Made by a program: the position numbers and the translations under genes. The notes below the pieces were generated by a model. That model saw only the letters and a list, made by a program, of their open reading frames with translations, did no database searches and was not told the DNA's origin. From an uncultured Candidatus Saccharibacteria bacterium (GTDB taxonomy: Bacteria; Patescibacteriota; Saccharimonadia; Saccharimonadales; AWTP1-31): 64,000 bases of DNA. Positions 18,359 through 28,366 of the stretch are shown here, piece after piece (the first letter of the stretch is position 1; the number at the start of each line of letters is the position of its first letter). The stretch is from the NCBI GenBank assembly GCA_964641545.1, contig CAZXLT010000003.1:23818-87817 (forward strand), read 5' to 3'.

Positions 18359-19558
18359 ATGCCAACGGTCTCGCGCAACAGGCACCACACAAAACGACAT
18401 GGCCAACATCAAAAAAGAAGCAGCCACTTTCTAAAAGTTTATCTCCCTTACGTTCCTCTGACTGTTTTTCTTGTGACAGGATTACTAATTAGTTTTTTGT
18501 GGAAGCCAACTGGAAACAAGGGCGTTTTAGCTTATTCTGTAGAAATGAGTGGCGGAGCTCTTTTAACCGCAACCAATCAACAACGAGCACAGAATGGAGC
18601 CGGAAGTTTGACATTAAATGAAAAGCTATCTGCAGCTGCTCAAGCAAAAGCCAACGATATGGCTGCCAGAAACTACTGGTCACATAATACTCCTGAGGGA
18701 AACCCTCCATGGATTTTTATTTCAAATGCAGGCTATAGCTATAGTCGTGCTGGCGAGAACCTGGCATACGGCTTTGCTACAAGCAGCGAAACGATCAACA
18801 CAGGCTGGATGAATAGTACCTCACACCGCGAAAATATGCTTAACAAAGATTATACTGAAGTGGGATTTGGATACACCAATGCTTCAAATTATAACAATAA
18901 TGGTGAGCAAACAATTGTCGTAGCCATGTATGCAACACCGCTCAGCGCGCCTACTCCAGCTCCAGCACCTGCTGTAGCAAAAACGACGCCGAAACAAACA
19001 ACAGTTACCACGACTCCAGAAGCACCAAAAACGACACGCGATGTTGAGGTGACGGTTCTTGATGAAAACAATAAACCAGTACGAGGCATCAAGGTTACTC
19101 TTCATTCCGCACCACGCGAGGCGGTGACCGATAACGATGGGGTTGCACTGTTCAAAGATGTAGAACAAGGGGAACATACTGCAACCGCAGAGATAGATGG
19201 TGCAAAACGAGAACAAACACTCACCGTTTCAAGCGACACCCAGAAAGTGAGCATAGAACTTCCAGCGCCAAAGCTTAGCTCAAATTCTACTTCGTCTACC
19301 GCAACACCAGTGGAGCCCAAAAAAATAAGCCGTCTCGAAGTAATAACTAAAGGAGCTATACCTTGGCTTGCAAGCATAATGAGTGCCCTTGCCTTATTGA
19401 GCGGCGCATATTTGCTTGGCAAACATAGCCGTTCCTTGCACCGGCTAATCGTTCGTGGAGAGCGTTATGTGCTGCAACACAGTATTTTGGATGTTACAAT
19501 TCTTAGTTTTCTTTGGTTGTGTTTTGTAGTGAGTCGTACGGCAGGCGTAATTTTGTAA
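18359..19558 (+). CDS. CAP/SCP-domain surface protein with Pro/Thr linker, CarboxypepD_reg-like domain and C-terminal TM segments
   Basis: CAP-like NQQRAQNGAG...STSHRENMLNKDYTEVGFG. Linker PTPAPAPAVAKTTPKQTTVTTTPEAPK. Beta-sandwich-like VTDNDGVALFKDVEQGEHT. Hydrophobic N- and C-terminal segments. Start set to ATG 18359. Confidence 0.7.
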   Translation: MPTVSRNRHHTKRHGQHQKRSSHFLKVYLPYVPLTVFLVTGLLISFLWKPTGNKGVLAYSVEMSGGALLTATNQQRAQNGAGSLTLNEKLSAAAQAKANDMAARNYWSHNTPEGNPPWIFISNAGYSYSRAGENLAYGFATSSETINTGWMNSTSHRENMLNKDYTEVGFGYTNASNYNNNGEQTIVVAMYATPLSAPTPAPAPAVAKTTPKQTTVTTTPEAPKTTRDVEVTVLDENNKPVRGIKVTLHSAPREAVTDNDGVALFKDVEQGEHTATAEIDGAKREQTLTVSSDTQKVSIELPAPKLSSNSTSSTATPVEPKKISRLEVITKGAIPWLASIMSALALLSGAYLLGKHSRSLHRLIVRGERYVLQHSILDVTILSFLWLCFVVSRTAGVIL

Positions 19559-19569
19559 CTGAGTCAGTA

Positions 19570-22500
19570 TTACGCAACCTGCACGTGATCGGCACCGAGT
19601 AACTCTTCTAAAAGACTAGTGAACTCTGCAGAAATAGTAACTCGACTTGGCAGCCGCATGGCTTGACGAGATTCTGGAGTTCCTAGAACAAGAATAACTT
19701 CATTTTTGCCTTGATGCTGGTCTATTAGTTTTTTTAGTTTTTCCAATTGCACAAGGTTGTTGCTATCCTCCATACGAACATACAACTTGTCACCAGCACT
19801 CTTCATGTTCGAGGGTTTATCGGTTGTTTTTTTTGACTTTGAACTCGTTTTAAGCAGTTTCATTGTTTTGCCGCTCGGTGCATAACTCTTTGCCTCGCTA
19901 TGCGTAATTTCTCGAGCAGAATTCACAATAATTTTTAGTTCTCCAGGGTTTCCGTCACGATCTAGTGCATCAATCTTACCCGTCACCGCTACTACACGGT
20001 CTTTTTGCCATAAATCAAGTGAACTTTCGTAAACAGACGGGAAAAGCACGAGTTCGAGCTCGTGAGATTCGTCAGCAAGTCGGACAAAGGCCATTTTTTG
20101 ACCTTTTTTAGTTATTATTTCTCTTGATGCCGCGATAACACCTCCTACTATTGCGATCTTATCTTGCATTGAAGAGTCCAAACTGTTTAGCGGGATTGTT
20201 TGTTCCGATAGCCACACACGATAATCTTCGAGTGGGTGTTGTGATAGGTATAAGCCTAGTAGTTCTCGCTCCCACTGTAGTTGTTCATGTTGTGGGATAG
20301 GGGTCACAGATGTATTGAGGGTTATTTTAGCTTTGACGCTAAGACCGCTTCCAAGGTCTTCGCCAAAAATATCGGTTTGTCCAAGTGCTTTCTGCTTTTG
20401 AATACGCGCACCATATGCCAGCAAAACATCAATGTTCGCTAGAAGTATGTCTCGCTTTTCAAACTGGTCAAAACTACCAGACTTTATTAAGCTTTCAACA
20501 GTTTTTCGATTGACTAATCGCACATTAACTCTCTCAAAAAAGTCTTCAAGCGATGTAAACCTTCCCTCACTTCGTGCCCGTAATATTTCCTCCACAGCAG
20601 ATGAGCCAACATTTTTAACAGCTGCCATTCCGAAGCGGATTTGATTTTGTTGCGGAACCACGCCAAACTCAACAAAAGACTCGTTTACATCTGGAGGCAA
20701 CACCGTGATGCCCATGTGGTTACATTCCGTAATTTCAATCGCCAAACGATCGGTATCGTCAAAATCGCTGGTCATTAATGCTGCCATGAAGGCAGCAGGA
20801 TAATGTGCCTTAAGGTACGCCGTTTGATAGGCAATAAGCGCGTAGCATGCGGCGTGACTTTTGTTAAAACAATAGTTCGCGAACTCCTCAAGTTGATCCC
20901 AAAATTTCTCCATCAGCTTTGTATCGGCTTTACTGTGCTGAATGGCTCCTTCAATAAACTCTGGCTTAATTTTTTGCATCATTGAAAGAATTTTTTTACC
21001 GACAGCCTTACGCAAAGTATCCGCTTGCCCGCCCGTAAACCCTGCCAGATCCTTGGATATCTGCATAAACTGTTCCTGATACACTAAGACACCATATGTA
21101 CTTTTTAGCGCGTTTTCCATCTTGGGATGCAAGTAACTGATCGATTCTTCTCCGTGTTTTCGTCTAATAAAGCTATCTATAAACTGCATAGGTCCCGGAC
21201 GGTACAAAGCCACCATTGCCACAATATCTTCAAAAACGGTTGGCTTAAGGTCTTTTAAGTACCGCTTCATGCCTGCGGACTCAAGCTGGAATACTCCTGT
21301 CGTATCGCCTTTTTGCAACAAGGCGTAGGTTTTGGCATCGTCAAGACCTATTCGATCAATGTCGAGGTCCTTACCATACACCCTTTTTATGATTCTGAGT
21401 GTGTTCTTGATGATAGTAAGGTTGCTCAGACCCAAAAAGTCCATCTTTAACAGCCCAAGTTCCTCTACGGGTCCCATTGAGTACTGAGTCGCAACAACAC
21501 CCTTTTGCGCCATTTCGAGCGGGGCGTACTTAACTATTTCATCAGGCGCAATTACCACCCCAGCCGCATGGACACCATGCGAACGGATTGTTCCTTCTAA
21601 TTGGACAGCTAAGTCAAAAACTCGCTGAGCCGTCTCATTTTGTTTATACTCTGCTTTTAGCTCAGCATTTTCCTTTAACGACGTTTTGAGCGGAATGTGT
21701 CTGCCTTGCACTGGAGGGGGAATCATTTTAGCTAAACGATCCGCCTCGGCATACGGAACCTGGAGCACACGAGCAACGTCGCGAACAGCGTTTCGGGCTG
21801 CCATCCTACCAAACGTAACAATGTTTGCCACTCTATTGGTGCCATATTTTTCAACACAATACTGAATTACCTCGTCTCGTCTTGTGTCTTGTATGTCAAT
21901 ATCTATATCTGGCATGCTAATCCTGTCTGGATTTAAAAACCGTTCAAACAGTAAGTCATATCGCATTGGGTCGAGTTCAGTAATTTTTAAGGCATACGCA
22001 ATAATGGAGCCCGCCGCCGAACCTCGCCCGGGCCCAAATACAATGCCCTGGTCTTTACCCCAGTTAATAAAATCGGCAATAATTAAAAAGTAACCGTTAA
22101 AACCCATCTTGGAAATAACCGATAGCTCGAATTCAGCACGCTCAAGGATGTCTTTAGACAACGTTTTTTTTGCCGTAGCCACCGACAAACCTGTTGTTTG
22201 CTCTTCTACAACGCCACCGTACCGCCAAGCGAGACCACGATAAACTAGCTTATGCAGATAGCTTTCTTCGGTTTCTTTGCTTGGCACTTCAAAACTTGGT
22301 ATAAGGATATTTCCCAATGAAAGCTCGAGATCGCAGCGTTCTGCGATAGCTTTTGTGTTTGTTATGACTTCAGGATGTTCTTTTGACCAACGCGCAATAA
22401 TATCATTTGGATTGGTTACATGGAGCTCAAATTCCTTTAATGACATGCGCTTCTCGTCACTCAAGAAAGCTCCTGTTTGTACACAAAGTAGAATCTCATG

Positions 22501-23187
22501 AGCCTCTTGATCTTTATGCCGTAAATAGTGCGCATCGCATGTTACAACACAGGGGATGTTAAGCTCATTACTTAGTTTAAACGTTTTCTCAGTAACAGCT
22601 ACTTGTTCGCCCCAGGCACTACTATGCTCTGGGTGACCATGATCCTGAACTTCAAGGTAATATCGGTCACCAAATACCGACTTGTACCATGTGGCAATGT
22701 CACGCGCTTTTTCATATTGATCGTTCCGCAAACTATCGCCAACCTCACCACCAATACAGCCGCTTAAAACTATAATTCCCTCGTTATACTTGTTAAGCAG
22801 GTCATGATCAACACGCGGCTTGTAATAAAACCCTTCAAGATTTGCTATAGTACTCAGTCGCATAAGGTTTTCGTAACCAGTTTTGTTCATTGCGAGAAGA
22901 ATAAGATGGTATGGTGTTTTGTCCTTCGCCGGGTCTTTATCACTGAACTTACGGGGCGCAACGTATGTTTCCATGCCAATGATTGGCTTTATGCCTTTAG
23001 CTTTGGAAGCCTTGTAAAACTCAACAGCTCCCGAAAGCGTTCCGTGGTCTGTCATGGCAATCGCTGTCATGCCGTGGTCAGATACGTAATCAACCATTTC
23101 AGGAATTTTCGTAAGCCCATCAAGAAGGCTGTACTGAGTGTGATTGTGCAGGTGTACAAATTCAGAAGCCTGCAATTGCCTTGGCAT
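19570..23187 (-). CDS. dnaE: DNA polymerase III subunit alpha
   Basis: PHP domain FVHLHNHTQYSLLDG, polymerase core and OB fold; 1205 aa. Confidence 0.95.
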   Translation of the reverse strand: MPRQLQASEFVHLHNHTQYSLLDGLTKIPEMVDYVSDHGMTAIAMTDHGTLSGAVEFYKASKAKGIKPIIGMETYVAPRKFSDKDPAKDKTPYHLILLAMNKTGYENLMRLSTIANLEGFYYKPRVDHDLLNKYNEGIIVLSGCIGGEVGDSLRNDQYEKARDIATWYKSVFGDRYYLEVQDHGHPEHSSAWGEQVAVTEKTFKLSNELNIPCVVTCDAHYLRHKDQEAHEILLCVQTGAFLSDEKRMSLKEFELHVTNPNDIIARWSKEHPEVITNTKAIAERCDLELSLGNILIPSFEVPSKETEESYLHKLVYRGLAWRYGGVVEEQTTGLSVATAKKTLSKDILERAEFELSVISKMGFNGYFLIIADFINWGKDQGIVFGPGRGSAAGSIIAYALKITELDPMRYDLLFERFLNPDRISMPDIDIDIQDTRRDEVIQYCVEKYGTNRVANIVTFGRMAARNAVRDVARVLQVPYAEADRLAKMIPPPVQGRHIPLKTSLKENAELKAEYKQNETAQRVFDLAVQLEGTIRSHGVHAAGVVIAPDEIVKYAPLEMAQKGVVATQYSMGPVEELGLLKMDFLGLSNLTIIKNTLRIIKRVYGKDLDIDRIGLDDAKTYALLQKGDTTGVFQLESAGMKRYLKDLKPTVFEDIVAMVALYRPGPMQFIDSFIRRKHGEESISYLHPKMENALKSTYGVLVYQEQFMQISKDLAGFTGGQADTLRKAVGKKILSMMQKIKPEFIEGAIQHSKADTKLMEKFWDQLEEFANYCFNKSHAACYALIAYQTAYLKAHYPAAFMAALMTSDFDDTDRLAIEITECNHMGITVLPPDVNESFVEFGVVPQQNQIRFGMAAVKNVGSSAVEEILRARSEGRFTSLEDFFERVNVRLVNRKTVESLIKSGSFDQFEKRDILLANIDVLLAYGARIQKQKALGQTDIFGEDLGSGLSVKAKITLNTSVTPIPQHEQLQWERELLGLYLSQHPLEDYRVWLSEQTIPLNSLDSSMQDKIAIVGGVIAASREIITKKGQKMAFVRLADESHELELVLFPSVYESSLDLWQKDRVVAVTGKIDALDRDGNPGELKIIVNSAREITHSEAKSYAPSGKTMKLLKTSSKSKKTTDKPSNMKSAGDKLYVRMEDSNNLVQLEKLKKLIDQHQGKNEVILVLGTPESRQAMRLPSRVTISAEFTSLLEELLGADHVQVA

Positions 23188-23261
23188 ACGTTACCCCGTA
23201 TTATCACTTAATTGTATAAAAAATTGTTCGCTACTGCGAGTTTAAGAAACAATTACAACGG

Positions 23262-23516
23262 TTAATTCTTGTCTTGGACGGTTTGCTTGATCGAGTCTAC
23301 AAAAGGACCCACAAACGGAACCTGTTTGAACGCCGACAACAACCAGAGTAGTATCGCAACGACTATTGTTGCCCCTATAACACCTCCAAATCCACTTGCA
23401 AGGCCTTTAAAAAAACTATACTTATAGGCTTGGTTGTGATCAATGTACCCGGTTTCGTAAATATTATTGAGCATCTTGCCAAGATCCTCGAAAGTTGGTT
23501 TTTTGTTTTTGGGCAT
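23262..23516 (-). CDS. Small membrane protein, unknown function
   Basis: 84 aa with one C-terminal TM helix (GGVIGATIVVAILLWLLSAF). It abuts the upstream gene: its start at 23516 directly follows that gene's stop codon at 23517-23519. Confidence 0.55.
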   Translation of the reverse strand: MPKNKKPTFEDLGKMLNNIYETGYIDHNQAYKYSFFKGLASGFGGVIGATIVVAILLWLLSAFKQVPFVGPFVDSIKQTVQDKN

Positions 23517-23921
23517 CTATTTTTTTACAAATGTCTTTAAGTGATTCAATGCTTTTAGTGCATCATCAATCGACTGCTGAAGATCACGGTCGTCCGCCTC
23601 TCCTTCGTGCACTGCGGAAAGTATTTTTTTTGCTTTATCTTTGGCTTTTGTCGCACCCTTTATGGCACGGTTGAGGTCTTGGTTTGCAAAGTTTTTTAGT
23701 TTGCTAGCGTTGCTCTGTGCTTTTTCGATAGCGCTACTAAGCTCGGAATATACTTTCTTTAATTGTTTTTCTGTAGCACTTTTAGCATTACCTGCGGCCT
23801 TTTTTACATCAGCTCGTGTTTCTTTGCCACTTTTAGGGGCCGTTAGTACACCCGCGACGTAACCCGCAGCTCCAGCCAGCAGTGCTCCTATTGCAATTTT
23901 TTTTGTTGTTCCTTTAGACAT
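23517..23921 (-). CDS. YtxH-like membrane-anchored protein
   Basis: N-terminal TM IAIGALLAGAAGYVAGVL followed by TAPKSGKETR and a Lys/Ala-rich helical region, as in YtxH-type proteins. Confidence 0.65.
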   Translation of the reverse strand: MSKGTTKKIAIGALLAGAAGYVAGVLTAPKSGKETRADVKKAAGNAKSATEKQLKKVYSELSSAIEKAQSNASKLKNFANQDLNRAIKGATKAKDKAKKILSAVHEGEADDRDLQQSIDDALKALNHLKTFVKK

Positions 23922-23930
23922 CTTGTACTC

Positions 23931-24185
23931 CTATTTTTTGCGCTTTGAGGTTACGGCTTGGGCAATATTTGCAAGCAGTTTAGCAATTGCCGCAGGCCCT
24001 GCCGATGCCTGGAAGAATGATGTTACCGCCTCGGCCTTGTCTGCAATTGATTCTGCCTTTTCAGTGAGTCTCTTAATATGGTTGAGTATCTGAATAAAAA
24101 TGATTGTGGCGACAATTCCTAATATCAGGAATACTGCTAAGGTTCCGGAAAGTATAACAACCAGTGTTTGCTCTGCTCCCGTCAT
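23931..24185 (-). CDS. Small membrane/coiled-coil protein (DUF948/YtxG-like)
   Basis: N-terminal TM TLVVILSGTLAVFLILGIVATIIFI followed by a helical region. The family assignment comes from architecture only. Confidence 0.5.
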   Translation of the reverse strand: MTGAEQTLVVILSGTLAVFLILGIVATIIFIQILNHIKRLTEKAESIADKAEAVTSFFQASAGPAAIAKLLANIAQAVTSKRKK

Positions 24186-24193
24186 ATGATTTT

Positions 24194-24202
24194 AGTATAG
24201 CA
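24194..24202 (-). promoter_or_regulatory. Extended -10 TGcTATACT, 8 nt upstream of ATG 24185 (leaderless candidate)
   Basis: Minus strand reads AATGCTATACTAAAATCATATG. Confidence 0.4.
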
Positions 24203-24216
24203 TTACTTATTGAAAA

Positions 24217-25104
24217 CTATACAACTGTGCGTAGATACTGGAGAAACGGCTCCTTAATATCATCATGCTGCAATGCAAAATCAACAACCGTCTTTAAATA
24301 TTCAAGTTTGCTTCCTGCATCATGGAATTTTGCATTTTTAATCTCTGCTGCTATCATCTTGTGCCCATCATCTACCATCTGTTGCATAGCAGTCTGCACC
24401 TGCAGTTCCTGTCCCTCCACCAGCGTTTTGCGAGTTTTTTCAATATTTTCAAAAATGTCTGGTGTGAGCAAAAACCCGCACACACTCGCTAAGTTGCTAG
24501 GAGCGTTTGCTTTACCTGGTTTTTCTATAATTTGTTTCATTTCAATCAGTCCTGGTCCAAGTGTTTGTCCGTCTACAAAACCATACCGATCATAGTCACT
24601 ATCTTCAGAAACCCGTATGCACGACAAGATCGTAGTTCCATGTTGTTTGTAGAGTTCGATCATTTGTTTAAAACGACTCGGACTAGCTACGATAAAATCA
24701 TCGGCGAAGGTGTAAATAAATGGTTCATCACCAATAAGATGAGACGCGTTGGCAATTGGCGTGGCATTTCCATATGGACCTTTTTGACGGATATACACAA
24801 AGTTAGCAAGATTAGCAATTTTTTTTGTTTCTTCCAACAATTCGATCTTCCCTGCATCACGTAAGTTTTTACGCAAATCAGCGCTCATATTGTCAAAATG
24901 ATCTTCAATTGAACGTTTCGAATAACCCGTAACAATGACAATGTCCTCGATGCCAGCATCAACCAATTCCTCAACTATGTACTGGATGATAGGTTTATCT
25001 ACAAGCGGCAACATCTCCTTGGGCATAGCCTTGGTTTGCGGCAAAAAGCGTGTGCCAAATCCAGCAGCAGCAATGACGGCTTTTCGAACTGGTTTTGTTT
25101 GCAT
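24217..25104 (-). CDS. galU: UTP--glucose-1-phosphate uridylyltransferase
   Basis: KAVIAAAGFGTRFLPQTKAMPKEMLPLVDKP (GxGTRxLPxTK motif). Confidence 0.92.
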   Translation of the reverse strand: MQTKPVRKAVIAAAGFGTRFLPQTKAMPKEMLPLVDKPIIQYIVEELVDAGIEDIVIVTGYSKRSIEDHFDNMSADLRKNLRDAGKIELLEETKKIANLANFVYIRQKGPYGNATPIANASHLIGDEPFIYTFADDFIVASPSRFKQMIELYKQHGTTILSCIRVSEDSDYDRYGFVDGQTLGPGLIEMKQIIEKPGKANAPSNLASVCGFLLTPDIFENIEKTRKTLVEGQELQVQTAMQQMVDDGHKMIAAEIKNAKFHDAGSKLEYLKTVVDFALQHDDIKEPFLQYLRTVV

Positions 25105-25123
25105 ACTTACCAGTTTAACACTA

Positions 25124-26596
25124 TTACAAAGAGAGCTGTTTTTTTATCAGCGTTTGGGCAATTTGAGGGTTTGCAGCACCTTTGCTTGCTTTCATAACTT
25201 GGCCAACCAGAAACCCTAAAACTTTCATTTCGCCATTTTTTATGTCTTCAACTGCCTGAGGGTGTTCCTTCAATACGTGCTCAACAATTTTTTCAAGGTC
25301 TGAGCTATTCGAGAGCTGCAACAACCCTTGGGTTTTAGCGTAATCCTCTACCGAATCGGGCAATGATGCTATTAGGAGCTGGGAAATAAGTGCTTTTGCA
25401 TTCGTAGAGCTAAGCTTATTAGCAGTAAGTAATTTATAAACAGCACTATATAGTTGCTGTTTATGTATCGGGTCCATAATGTCAGCGGACAAATCGCTCG
25501 CAACAAGTGGTATTTCGAGATTAACTAACCAATTGGCTAGTTGCTTTGCGTACGAAGGTTCATCAAGAGCTTTTTCGAGCATTGGCAAATAGCCTGCTAT
25601 TTCGTTCTCAGCCTGCGCCTTCAATAGCACGTGAATTTGGCTTTGGTCAAGACCGAGCGTTTCTAATCGCTTGCGCCATTCATCTGGCATGACTGGCATA
25701 GTCTTTTGTATTGATTGAATATAGTTTTTTTCTAAAATGACAGGGGGCAGGTCTGGATCTGGCATATATCTATAATCGTGAGCTTCTTCTTTACCACGTT
25801 GACTGACAGTTTTTTGCTTAGCTTCATTCCAGCCACGAGTTTCTTGGTTTACTGCCTTACCTTGTTCTACTAGTTCAATCTGTCGTGTTATTTCATATTC
25901 TGCTGCTCTTTCAACGCTTCGGAATGAGTTTAGGTTCTTCGTTTCCGTTCTTGTCCCCAGTTGGCTATTGGGGCTAACTGAAACATTAACGTCAAAACGC
26001 ATATTCCCATGAAACAGATCGGCATCAGAAACATCCGCAAACTTCATTCTCAAATATAACTCTTCAGCGTAAGCGCGTGCTTCGGCAGGAGAATGCATGT
26101 CTGGTTCGGAAACTATCTCTAATAAAGGAGTTCCAGCACGGTTCAGATCAACTAAACTATAATCAGCACCATCTGGATGCATGTTTTTTCCAGCATCAGC
26201 CTCAAGATGAGCCCGCGTAATACCAATAGTTCTTTCTCCGGATTCAGTCATGATTTTTACCGACCCGCCCAATATGATCGGTTCATACAACTGGGTAATC
26301 TGGTATCCCATGGGCAGATCAGGATAAAAATAATGTTTTCGATCAAATTTGCTCACCGTTTGAGGTTTGCTGTTGAGCGCAAAGGCGGCTCTCACTGCGA
26401 GTTCTACGGCATGCTCGTTAAGTACGGGTAATGCGCCTGGCAAACCTAAGCAAATATGGCTCGTGAGTGTATTTGGCGAGGCGTCACGCGCATCATTGCT
26501 GACTCCGGCAAAAAGTTTTGTTTTTGTTTTTAACTGTACATGACATTCTATGCCGATGGTAACGTGGTATTTTTTTCGAATATCAGGGCTAATCAT
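25124..26596 (-). CDS. gatB: Asp/Glu-tRNA amidotransferase subunit B
   Basis: GatB N-terminal IGIECHVQL and a C-terminal YqeY-like domain; it is last in the gatC-gatA-x-gatB string. Confidence 0.94.
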   Translation of the reverse strand: MISPDIRKKYHVTIGIECHVQLKTKTKLFAGVSNDARDASPNTLTSHICLGLPGALPVLNEHAVELAVRAAFALNSKPQTVSKFDRKHYFYPDLPMGYQITQLYEPIILGGSVKIMTESGERTIGITRAHLEADAGKNMHPDGADYSLVDLNRAGTPLLEIVSEPDMHSPAEARAYAEELYLRMKFADVSDADLFHGNMRFDVNVSVSPNSQLGTRTETKNLNSFRSVERAAEYEITRQIELVEQGKAVNQETRGWNEAKQKTVSQRGKEEAHDYRYMPDPDLPPVILEKNYIQSIQKTMPVMPDEWRKRLETLGLDQSQIHVLLKAQAENEIAGYLPMLEKALDEPSYAKQLANWLVNLEIPLVASDLSADIMDPIHKQQLYSAVYKLLTANKLSSTNAKALISQLLIASLPDSVEDYAKTQGLLQLSNSSDLEKIVEHVLKEHPQAVEDIKNGEMKVLGFLVGQVMKASKGAANPQIAQTLIKKQLSL

Positions 26597-26945
26597 TTTT
26601 TAATGCCCCTAAGTCACGTAACGCTTGGCGGAAACCAACTAACGACCGTTTAACATCTGCTTCCCGAAGACGCGGGACAGTATCGTCAATAAGTTTTTTC
26701 GATAAATTGTGAGCAAACCAAACAGCATCGTTATCGCTCAATAATTTTTGAGCTTCCACTAGGCGCTCCCCCATTGACTTGCCCTTTACGCGTTTTTTCT
26801 TTAGTGCTTCATCGAGTAGCTTGTCGGCAGTAATGACCGCCAGTGGCCAGGTCTCACGACTGGCACAAAACTTTTGGAGTTCGACCCATTGCTCATGAAA
26901 CTGAGCGGGTTTTATTTTTTTCCTTGGCAGAAAGCGCAACCTCAT
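26589..26945 (-). CDS. Hypothetical 118 aa helical protein embedded in the gatCAB operon
   Basis: ATGA overlap with the gatA stop (26942-26945) and an 8 nt overlap with the gatB start. The sequence ...AVITADKLLDEALKKKRVKGKSMGERL...AVWFAHNLSKKL... matches no named family I recognise. Confidence 0.6.
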   Translation of the reverse strand: MRLRFLPRKKIKPAQFHEQWVELQKFCASRETWPLAVITADKLLDEALKKKRVKGKSMGERLVEAQKLLSDNDAVWFAHNLSKKLIDDTVPRLREADVKRSLVGFRQALRDLGALKND

Positions 26946-28366
26946 ACCAGAACCTCTTCGACAGCTTTGGCGAAATTTAACAGCTCACGGTCATGTTTTT
27001 GTCCAGCCATTATTTGCAGGCCAACCGGAAGCTTTTCCTTTTCTCCGACTGGAATCACGATTGCTGGTATACCAACAAGACTAGCTGCTACCGTCATAAC
27101 GTCTTCTAGATACATCTTGAGCGGGTCAGCTGTTGTCTCGCCCAACTTGTATGCTGTCGAGGGTCCAGTTGGACCAATCAGAAAGTCAACTGACTTGAAT
27201 GCATGCTCGAACTCGTTGATAAGTTTTGTGCGCACCGTTTGAGCCTTGTTGTAATACGCGTCGTAATATCCACTACTAAGTACGTATGTGCCAATCATTA
27301 TTCGTCGTTTTGCTTCCCTACCAAAACCCATGCTGCGTGAATGGGTGTAGCTTTCGTCAAGAGATCCGGCATCTTTGTCACTGTACCCAAAACGCTGCCC
27401 GTCGTAACGACTTAAATTGCTACTAATTTCTGCAGGCACAACAATATAGTAAACCGCCAGGGACAGAGGTATACTAGGCAGGCTAATCTCTTTAACGTTT
27501 ACGTCTGATTTTTTGAGCTGAGCAATCGCAGCTTGAATAGGTCTCCGTACTGCGTCGTCTAAGCCCTTGTCCATATATTCTTTAATAACGCCTACCGTCT
27601 TGCCTTTTAACTTGCCGGTCAGGTTCGTATAGCCTGCATCGTCTTTATTTATGGTTGTACTATCCAACGGATCCTTGCCGGCCATAACGTCTAGAACTAA
27701 ACCAAGGTCGTCCACATTCTTTGTGAGGGCACCAACGCAGTCAGTACTGCTGGCCATTGCAACAACACCGCTCCTTGAAACGAGCCCATAACTGGGCTTG
27801 TAGCCGACAGCTCCCGTGAGATGGGCGGGCATACGCAAAGAGCCACCAGTGTCAGTCCCCGTAGCAAAAGGAACTATATCTAACATCACCGCAGCTGCAG
27901 ACCCGCCGGATGATCCGCCGGGAACTCTTGACTTGTCATGAGGATTTAGGGTCGGAAAGAAGTCACTTTTTTCAGTCGTGGTGCCATGCCCAAAAGCATC
28001 CATATTGGCTTTTGCAACACAGATAGCACCTTCTGCTTCGAGTTTTTCGATGGCAGTCGCTTGGTATGGAGCATTGAAATTTTTTAAAATATTGCTTGCT
28101 GCTGTAGTGTTAGAACCAAAAACTAAAAAGTTATCTTTGGCAATGAAGGGAACCCCGGCAAGGCGACCAGCATTTCCAGTTTTTGCGACTTTCGCGTCAA
28201 TTGCTTGCGCACGCACCAAGGCGCGTTCCGTGGTTGTGCTAATAATCGCGCAATACTCTTTTTTTGATTCAATCTGTTTTAGGGCAGTTTGTACATTTTC
28301 AAGCGCAGTCACTGTGCCATTATTGACGTTCTGAACGATAGTTTTGATAGCTGGCCATTCACTCAT
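26942..28366 (-). CDS. gatA: Asp/Glu-tRNA amidotransferase subunit A
   Basis: Amidase signature GGSSGGSAAAV and catalytic Lys context FIAKDNF. Confidence 0.95.
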   Translation of the reverse strand: MSEWPAIKTIVQNVNNGTVTALENVQTALKQIESKKEYCAIISTTTERALVRAQAIDAKVAKTGNAGRLAGVPFIAKDNFLVFGSNTTAASNILKNFNAPYQATAIEKLEAEGAICVAKANMDAFGHGTTTEKSDFFPTLNPHDKSRVPGGSSGGSAAAVMLDIVPFATGTDTGGSLRMPAHLTGAVGYKPSYGLVSRSGVVAMASSTDCVGALTKNVDDLGLVLDVMAGKDPLDSTTINKDDAGYTNLTGKLKGKTVGVIKEYMDKGLDDAVRRPIQAAIAQLKKSDVNVKEISLPSIPLSLAVYYIVVPAEISSNLSRYDGQRFGYSDKDAGSLDESYTHSRSMGFGREAKRRIMIGTYVLSSGYYDAYYNKAQTVRTKLINEFEHAFKSVDFLIGPTGPSTAYKLGETTADPLKMYLEDVMTVAASLVGIPAIVIPVGEKEKLPVGLQIMAGQKHDRELLNFAKAVEEVLV

